A stretch of 19,682 nt of DNA from Azolla caroliniana (lineage: Eukaryota; Plantae; Polypodiophyta), in NCBI GenBank assembly GCA_043228905.1, contig JBHGNT010000593.1:1-19682 (forward strand), given 5' to 3'. How positions within the stretch are numbered: the first letter of the stretch is position 1; every line of letters starts with the position of its first letter. This document shows, one piece after another, positions 1 to 8,900 of the stretch. The notes beneath the pieces are model-generated. The model saw only the letters and a program-made list of their open reading frames with translations, had not been told where the DNA came from and did not search any database. The position numbers and the translations under genes were made by a program.

Positions 1-712
1 AATCCGATATCACAGGAGCCAGGTATGACCATTTTAATTTACTCACGGGCTCTTCTCAAGTCCCTCCTCAATTTTGCTAATTTCGTCATGTCTCTCGACC
101 TGAGTTTGAAAATCTTGATTTTTTAATGGTGTAGCATAGCTATCGTTGTTAGCTTCGATTCGCATGTTTTAACACAAAAATCCGATAGCACAGGAGCCAG
201 GTATGACCATTTTAATTTACTCACGCGCTCTTCTCAAGTCCCTCCTCAATTTTGGTAATTTCGTCATGTCTCTCGACCTGAGTTTCAAAATCTTGATTTT
301 TTGATTCCATATCATAGCTAGCGTTGTTAGCTTCGATTCGGATGTTTCAACACAAAAATCCGATATCACAGGAGCCAGGTATGACCATTTTAATTTACTC
401 ACGGGCACTTCTCAAGTCCCTCCTCAATTTTGCTAATTTCTTCATCTCTCTCTACCTAAGTATCGAAATCTTGTTTTTTTAATTGTGTATCATAGCTAGC
501 GTTGTTAGCTTCGATTCGCATGGTTGAACACAAAAATCCGATATCACAGGAGCCAGGTATGACCATTTTAATTTACTCACGGGCTCTTCTCAAGTCCCTC
601 CTCAATTTTGCTAATTTCTTGATGTCTCTCTACCTGAGTTTCGAAATCTTGATTTTTTAATTGTGTAACACACCTAGCGTTGTTAGCTTCGATTCGGATG
701 TTTGAACACAAA
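1..712. repeat. Left flank of diverged monomers (monomers 1-4)
   Basis: These monomers carry many private SNPs (gatagca, cacgcgctc, gggcactt, cctaagtatcg, cttgatgtc). Monomers 3-4 carry the markers catctctc/gtatcat/gcatggttg and gtaaca, otherwise seen only after 11.3 kb. Confidence 0.7.
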
Positions 713-1246
713 AAGCCGATATCACAGGAGCCAGGTATGACCATTTTAATTTACTCACGGGCTCTTCTCAAGTCCCTCCTCAATTTTGCTAATTTCTTCA
801 TGTCTCTCGACCTGAGTTTAAAAATCTTAATTTTTTAATTGTGTAGCACAGCTAGCGTTGTTAGCTTCGACTCGCATGTTTGAACACAAAAATCCGATAT
901 CACAGGAGCCAGGTATGACCATTTTAATTTACTCACGGGCTCTTCACAAGTCCCTCCTCAATTTTGCTAATTTCTTCATGTCTCTCGACCTGAGTTTAAA
1001 AATCTTAATTTTCTAATTGTGTAGCACAGCTAGCGTTGTTAGCTTCGACTCGCATGTTTGAACACAAAAATCCGATATCACAGGAGCCAGGTATGACCAT
1101 TTTAATTTACTCACGGGCTCTTCACAAGTCCCTCCTCAATTTTGCTAAATTCTTCATGTCTCTCTACCTGAGTTTCAAAATCTTGATTTTTTAATTGTGT
1201 AGCATAGCTAGCGTTGTTAGCTTCCATTCGGATGTTTGAACACAAA

Positions 1247-3738
1247 AAGCCGATATCACAAGAGCCAGGTATGACCATTTTAATTTACTCAGGGACTCTT
1301 CTCAAGTCCCTCCTGAATTTTTCTAATTTCTTCATGTCTCTCTACCTGAGTTTCGAAATCTTGATTTTTTAATTCTGTACCATAGCTAGCGTTGTTAGCT
1401 TCGATTCGGATGTTTGAACACAAAAAGCCGATATCACAGGAGCCAGGTATGACCATTTTAATTTACTCAGGGACTCTTCTCAAGTCCCTCCTCAATTTTG
1501 CTAATTACGTCATGTCTCTCGACCTGAGTTTCAAAATCTTGAGTTTTTAATTGTGTAGCATATCTAGCGTTGTTAGCTTCTATTCGCATGTTTAAACACA
1601 AAAATCCGATATCACAGGAGCCAGGTATGACCATTTTAATTTACTCACGGGCTCTTCTCAAGGCCCTCCTCAATTTTGCTAATTTCTTCATGTCTCTCGA
1701 CCTGAGTTTAAAAATCTTAATTTTTTAATTGTATAGCACAGCTAGCGTTGTTAGCTTCGATTCGGATGTTTGAACACAATAATCCGATATCACAGGAGCC
1801 AGGTATGACCATTTTAATTTACTCACAGGCTCTTCTCAAGTCCCTCCTCAATTTTGCTAATTTCGTCATGTCTCTCGACCTGAGTTTGAAAATCTTGATT
1901 TTTTAATGGTGTAGCATAGCTATCGTTGTTAGCTTCGATTCGCATATTTTAACACAAAAATCCGATATCACAGGAGCCAGGTATGACCATTTTAATTTAG
2001 TCACGGGCTCTTCTCAAGTCCCTCCTCAATTTTGCTAATTTCGTCATGTCTCTCGACCTGAGTTTCAAAATCTTGATTTTTTGATTCCATATCATAGCTA
2101 GCGTTGTTAGCTTCGACTCGCATGTTTGAACACAAAAATCCGATATCACAGGAGCCAGGTATGACCATTTTAATTTACTCACGGGCTCTTCACAAGTCCC
2201 TCGTCAATTTTGCTAAATTCTTCACGTACCTCTACCTGAGTTTCAAAATATTGATTTTTTAATTCTGTAGCATAACTAGCGTTGATAGCTTCGATTCGGA
2301 TGTTTGAACACAAAAAGCCGATATCACAGGAGCCAGGTATGACCATTTTAATTTACTCACGGGCTCTTCTCAAGTCCCTCCTCAATTTTGCTAATTTCTT
2401 CATGTCTCTCGACCTGAGTTTAAAAATCTTAATTTTTTAATTGTGTAGCACAGCTAGGGTTGTTAGCTTCGACTCGCATGTTTGAACACAAAAATCCGAT
2501 ATCACAGGGGCCAGGTATGACCATTTTAATTTACTCACGGGCTCTTCACAAGTCCCTCCTCAATTTTGCTAAATTCTTCATGTCTCTCTACCTGAGTTTC
2601 AAAATCTTGATTTTTTAATTGTGTAGCATAGCTAGCGTTGTTAGCTTCGATTCGGATGTTTGAACACAAAAAGCCGATATCACAGGAGCCAGGTATGACC
2701 ATTTTAATTTACTCACGGGCTCTTCTCAAGTCCCTCCTCAATTTTGCTAATTTCTTCATGTCTCTCGACCTGAGTTTAAAAATCTTAATTTTTTAATTGT
2801 GTAGCACAGCTAGCGTTGTTAGCTTCGACTCGCATGTTTGAACACAAAAATCCGATATCACAGGAGCCAGGTATGACCATTTTAATTTACTCACGGGCTC
2901 TTCACAAGTCCCTCCTCAATTTTGCTAAATTCTTCATGTCTCTCTACCTGAGTTTCAAAATCTTGATTTTTTAATTCTGTAGCATAGCTAGCGTTGTTAG
3001 CTTCGATTCGGATGTTTGAACACAAAAATCCGATATCACAGGAGCCAGGTATGACCATTTTAATTTACTCACGGACTCTTCTCAAGTCCCTCCTCAATTT
3101 TGCTACTTTCTTCATGTCTGTCTACCTGAGTTTCAAAATCTTGATTTTTTAATTGTGTAGCGTAGCTAGCGTTGTTAGCTTCGATTCGCATGTTTAAACA
3201 CAAAAATCCGATATCAGAGGAGCCAGGTATGACCATTTTAATTTACTCACGGGCTCTTCTCAAGTCCCTCCTCAATTTTTCTAATTTCTTCATGTCTCTC
3301 TACCTGAGTTTCGAAATCTTGATTTTTTAATTGTGTAGCATAGCTAGCGTTGTTAGCTTCGATTCGGATGTTTGAACACAAAAAGCCGATATCACAGGAG
3401 CCAGGTATGACCATTTTAATTTACTCAGGGACTCTTCTCAAGTCCCTCCTCAATTTTGCTAATTACGTCATGTCTCTCGACCTGAGTTTCAAAATCTTGA
3501 GTTTTTAATTGGGTAGCATAGCTAGAGTTGTTAGCTTCGATTCGGATGTTTGAACACAAAAATCCGATATCACAGGAGCCAGGTATGACCATTTTAATTC
3601 ACTAACGGGCTCTTCTCAAGTCCCTCCTGAATTTTGCTAATTTCGTCATGTCTCTCTACCTGAGTTTCAAAATCTTGATTTTGTAATGGTGTAGCATAGC
3701 TAGCGTTGTTAGCTTCGATTCGGATGTTTGAACACAAA
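1247..3738. repeat. 14-monomer higher-order repeat, copy 1 (order H-I-J-K-L-M-A-B-A-B2-D-E-F-G)
   Basis: Ordered markers: ctgtacca(H), attacgt+catatcta(I), caaggccc(J), cacaggc+tttgaa(K), ttagtcac+gattccatatc(L), cacgtacc(M), tttaaaaatcttaa(A), caggggcc(B), A, ttctgtagca(B2), gctacttt+agcgtag(D), cagagg+tttcgaa(E), tgggtag(F), aattcactaac(G). The same order recurs at 5163-7654 and from 8901. Confidence 0.9.
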
Positions 3739-5162
3739 AATCCGATATCACAGGAGCCAGGTATGACCATTTTAATTTACTCAGGGACTCTTCTCAAGTC
3801 CCTCCTGAATTTTTCTAATTTCTTCATGTCTCTCTACCTGAGTTTCGAAATCTTGATTTTTTAATTCTGTACCATAGCTAGCGTTGTTAGCTTCGATTCG
3901 GATGTTTGAACACAAAAAGCCGATATCACAGGAGCCAGGTATGACCATTTTAATTTACTGAGGGACTCTTCTCAAGTCCCTCCTCAATTTTGCTAATTAC
4001 GTCATGTCTCTCGACCTGAGTTTCAAAATCTTGAGTTTTTAATTGTGTAGCATATCTAGCGTTGTTAGCTTCTATTCGCATGTTTAAACACAAAAATCCG
4101 ATATCACAGGAGCCAGGTATGACCATTTTAATTTACTCACGGGCTCTTCTCAAGGCCCTCCTCAATTTTGCTAATTTCTTCATGTCTCTCGACCTGAGTT
4201 TAAAAATCTTAATTTTTTAATTGTATAGCACAGCTAGCGTTGTTAGCTTCGATTCGGATGTTTGAACACAATAATCCGATATCACAGGAGCCAGGTATGA
4301 CCATTTTAATTTACTCACAGGCTCTTCTCAAGTCCCTCCTCAATTTTGCTAATTTCGTCATGTCTCTCGACCTGAGTTTGAAAATCTTGATTTTTTAATG
4401 GTGTAGCATAGCTATCGTTGTTAGCTTCGATTCGCATATTTTAACACAAAAATCCGATATCACAGGAGCCAGGTATGACCATTTTAATTTAGTCACGGGC
4501 TCTTCTCAAGTCCCTCCTCAATTTTGCTAATTTCGTCATGTCTCTCGACCTGAGTTTCAAAATCTTGATTTTTTGATTCCATATCATAGCTAGCGTTGTT
4601 AGCTTCGACTCGCATGTTTGAACACAAAAATCCGATATCACAGGAGCCAGGTATGACCATTTTAATTTACTCACGGGCTCTTCACAAGTCCCTCGTCAAT
4701 TTTGCTAAATTCTTCACGTACCTCTACCTGAGTTTCAAAATATTGATTTTTTAATTCTGTAGCATAACTAGCGTTGATAGCTTCGATTCGGATGTTTGAA
4801 CACAAAAAGCCGATATCACAGGAGCCAGGTATGACCATTTTAATTTACTCACGGGCTCTTCTCAAGTCCCTCCTCAATTTTGCTAATTTCTTCATGTCTC
4901 TCGACCTGAGTTTAAAAATCTTAATTTTCTAATTGTGTAGCACAGCTAGCGTTGTTAGCTTCGACTCGCATGTTTGAACACAAAAATCCGATATCACAGG
5001 AGCCAGGTATGACCATTTTAATTTACTCACGGGCTCTTCACAAGTCCCTCCTCAATTTTGCTAAATTCTTCATGTCTCTCTACCTGAGTTTCAAAATCTT
5101 GATTTTTTAATTGTGTAGCATAGCTAGCGTTGTTAGCTTCCATTCGGATGTTTGAACACAAA
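3739..5162. repeat. 8-monomer truncated HOR variant (H-I-J-K-L-M-A*-B')
   Basis: The L marker gattccatatc occurs in monomers starting at 4451 and 5875, 1,424 bp (8 monomers) apart. A-B2-D-E-F-G are missing. Confidence 0.85.
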
Positions 5163-7654
5163 AAGCCGATATCACAAGAGCCAGGTATGACCATTTTAAT
5201 TTACTCAGGGACTCTTCTCAAGTCCCTCCTGAATTTTTCTAATTTCTTCATGTCTCTCTACCTGAGTTTCGAAATCTTGATTTTTTAATTCTGTACCATA
5301 GCTAGCGTTGTTAGCTTCGATTCGGATGTTTGAACACAAAAAGCCGATATCACAGGAGCCAGGTATGACCATTTTAATTTACTGAGGGACTCTTCTCAAG
5401 TCCCTCCTCAATTTTGTTAATTACGTCATGTCTCTCGACCTGAGTTTCAAAATCTTGAGTTTTTAATTGTGTAGCATATCTAGCGTTGTTAGCTTCTATT
5501 CGCATGTTTAAACACAAAAATCCGATATCACAGGAGCCAGGTATGACCATTTTAATTTACTCACGGGCTCTTCTCAAGGCCCTCCTCAATTTTGCTAATT
5601 TCTTCATGTCTCTCGACCTGAGTTTAAAAATCTTAATTTTTTAATTGTATAGCACAGCTAGCGTTGTTAGCTTCGATTCGGATGTTTGAACACAATAATC
5701 CGATATCACAGGAGCCAGGTATGACCATTTTAATTTACTCACAGGCTCTTCTCAAGTCCCTCCTCAATTTTGCTAATTTCGTCATGTCTCTCGACCTGAG
5801 TTTGAAAATCTTGATTTTTTAATGGTGTAGCATAGCTATCGTTGTTAGCTTCGATTCGCATATTTTAACACAAAAATCCGATATCACAGGAGCCAGGTAT
5901 GACCATTTTAATTTAGTCACGGGCTCTTCTCAAGTCCCTCCTCAATTTTGCTAATTTCGTCATGTCTCTCGACCTGAGTTTCAAAATCTTGATTTTTTGA
6001 TTCCATATCATAGCTAGCGTTGTTAGCTTCGACTCGCATGTTTGAACACAAAAATCCGATATCACAGGAGCCAGGTATGACCATTTTAATTTACTCACGG
6101 GCTCTTCACAAGTCCCTCGTCAATTTTGCTAAATTCTTCACGTACCTCTACCTGAGTTTCAAAATATTGATTTTTTAATTCTATAGCATAACTAGCGTTG
6201 ATAGCTTCGATTCGGATGTTTGAACACAAAAAGCCGATATCACAGGAGCCAGGTATGACCATTTTAATTTACTCACGGGCTCTTCTCAAGTCCCTCCTCA
6301 ATTTTGCTAATTTCTTCATGTCTCTCGACCTGAGTTTAAAAATCTTAATTTTTTAATTGTGTAGCACAGCTAGCGTTGTTAGCTTCGACTCGCATGTTTG
6401 AACACAAAAATCCGATATCACAGGGGCCAGGTATGACCATTTTAATTTACTCACGGGCTCTTCACAAGTCCCTCCTCAATTTTGCTAAATTCTTCATGTC
6501 TCTCTACCTGAGTTTCAAAATCTTGATTTTTTAATTGTGTAGCATAGCTAGCGTTGTTAGCTTCGATTCGGATGTTTGAACACAAAAAGCCGATATCACA
6601 GGAGCCAGGTATGACCATTTTAATTTACTCACGGGCTCTTCTCAAGTCCCTCCTCAATTTTGCTAATTTCTTCATGTCTCTCGACCTGAGTTTAAAAATC
6701 TTAATTTTTTAATTGTGTAGCATAGCTAGCGTTGTTAGCTTCGACTCGCATGTTTGAACACAAAAATCCGATATCACAGGAGCCAGGTATGACCATTTTA
6801 ATTTACTCACGGGCTCTTCACAAGTCCCTCCTCAATTTTGCTAAATTCTTCATGTCTCTCTACCTGAGTTTCAAAATCTTGATTTTTTAATTCTGTAGCA
6901 TAGCTAGCGTTGTTAGCTTCGATTCGGATGTTTGAACACAAAAATCCGATATCACAGGAGCCAGGTATGACCATTTTAATTTACTCACGGACTCTTCTCA
7001 AGTCCCTCCTCAATTTTGCTACTTTCTTCATGTCTGTCTACCTGAGTTTCAAAATCTTGATTTTTTAATTGTGTAGCGTAGCTAGCGTTGTTAGCTTCGA
7101 TTCGCATGTTTAAACACAAAAATCCGATATCAGAGGAGCCAGGTATGACCATTTTAATTTACTCACGGGCTCTTCTCAAGTCCCTCCTCAATTTTTCTAA
7201 TTTCTTCATGTCTCTCTACCTGAGTTTCGAAATCTTGATTTTTTAATTGTGTAGCATAGCTAGCGTTGTTAGCTTCGATTCGGATGTTTGAACACAAAAA
7301 GCCGATATCACAGGAGCCAGGTATGACCATTTTAATTTACTCAGGGACTCTTCTCAAGTCCCTCCTCAATTTTGCTAATTACGTCATGTCTCTCGACCTG
7401 AGTTTCAAAATCTTGAGTTTTTAATTGGGTAGCATAGCTAGCGTTGTTAGCTTCGATTCGGATGTTTGAACACAAAAATCCGATATCACAGGAGCCAGGT
7501 ATGACCATTTTAATTCACTAACGGGCTCTTCTCAAGTCCCTCCTGAATTTTGCTAATTTCGTCATGTCTCTCTACCTGAGTTTCAAAATCTTGATTTTGT
7601 AATGGTGTAGCATAGCTAGCGTTGTTAGCTTCGATTCGGATGTTTGAACACAAA
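5163..7654. repeat. 14-monomer higher-order repeat, copy 2
   Basis: Same marker order as 1247-3738, with only a few private SNPs (e.g. tttgttaa near 5417, ctatag near 6183). Confidence 0.9.
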
Positions 7655-8900
7655 AATCCGATATCACAGGAGCCAGGTATGACCATTTTAATTTACTCAG
7701 GGACTCTTCTCAAGTCCCTCCTGAATTTTTCTAATTTCTTCATGTCTCTCTACCTGAGTTTCGAAATCTTGATTTTTTAATTCTGTACCATAGCTAGCGT
7801 TGTTAGCTTCGATTCGGATGTTTGAACACAAAAAGCCGATATCACAGGAGCCAGGTATGACCATTTTAATTTACTCAGGGACTCTTCTCAAGTCCCTCCT
7901 CAATTTTGCTAATTACGTCATGTCTCTCGACCTGAGTTTCAAAATCTTGAGTTTTTAATTGTGTAGCATATCTAGCGTTGTTAGCTTCTATTCGCATGTT
8001 TAAACACAAAAATCCGATATCACAGGAGCCAGGTATGACCATTTTAATTTACTCACGGGCTCTTCTCAAGGCCCTCCTCAATTTTGCTAAATTCTTCATG
8101 TCTCTCGACCTGAGTTTAAAAATCTTAATTTTTTAATTGTATAGCACAGCTAGCGTTGTTAGCTTCGATTCGGATGTTTGAACACAATAATCCGATATCA
8201 CAGGAGCCAGGTATGACCATTTTAATTTACTCACAGGCTCTTCTCAAGTCCCTCCTCAATTTTGCTACTTTCTTCATGTCTGTCTACCTGAGTTTCAAAA
8301 TCTTGATTTTTTAATTGTGTAGCGTAGCTAGCGTTGTTAGCTTCGATTCGCATGTTTAAACACAAAAATCCGATATCAGAGGAGCCAGGTATGACCATTT
8401 TAATTTACTCACGGGCTCTTCTCAAGTCCCTCCTCAATTTTTCTAATTTCTTCATGTCTCTCTACCTGAGTTTCGAAATCTTGATTTTTTAATTGTGTAG
8501 CATAGCTAGCGTTGTTAGCTTCGATTCGGATGTTTGAACACAAAAAGCCGATATCACAGGAGCCAGGTATGACCATTTTAATTTACTCAGGGACTCTTCT
8601 CAAGTCCCTCCTCAATTTTGCTAATTACGTCATGTCTCTCGACCTGAGTTTCAAAATCTTGAGTTTTTAATTGGGTAGCATAGCTAGCGTTGTTAGCTTC
8701 GATTCGGATGTTTGAACACAAAAATCCGATATCACAGGAGCCAGGTATGACCATTTTAATTCACTAACGGGCTCTTCTCAAGTCCCTCCTGAATTTTGCT
8801 AATTTCGTCATGTCTCTCTACCTGAGTTTCAAAATCTTGATTTTGTAATGGTGTAGCATAGCTAGCGTTGTTAGCTTCGATTCGGATGTTTGAACACAAA
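7655..8900. repeat. 7-monomer HOR variant (H-I-J-[K/D chimera]-E-F-G)
   Basis: The monomer at 8189 starts as K (cacaggc, A at 8235) and continues as D (gctacttt, tctgtct, agcgtag, tttaaac). The G marker aattcactaac occurs in monomers at 7477 and 8723, 1,246 bp apart. Confidence 0.88.

Noticed and set aside
35-165. CENP-B box (TTCG-N4-A-N2-CGGG)
   Set aside because: TTCG and CGGG both occur in the monomer, but not at the required spacing on either strand.
1-178. Identity with Arabidopsis CEN178, primate alpha satellite, or a 5S rRNA/tRNA/snRNA tandem gene unit
   Set aside because: Only the length is similar. I recognise no matching sequence, no Pol III A/B/C boxes and no cloverleaf. A BLAST/Rfam search would be needed to exclude these formally.
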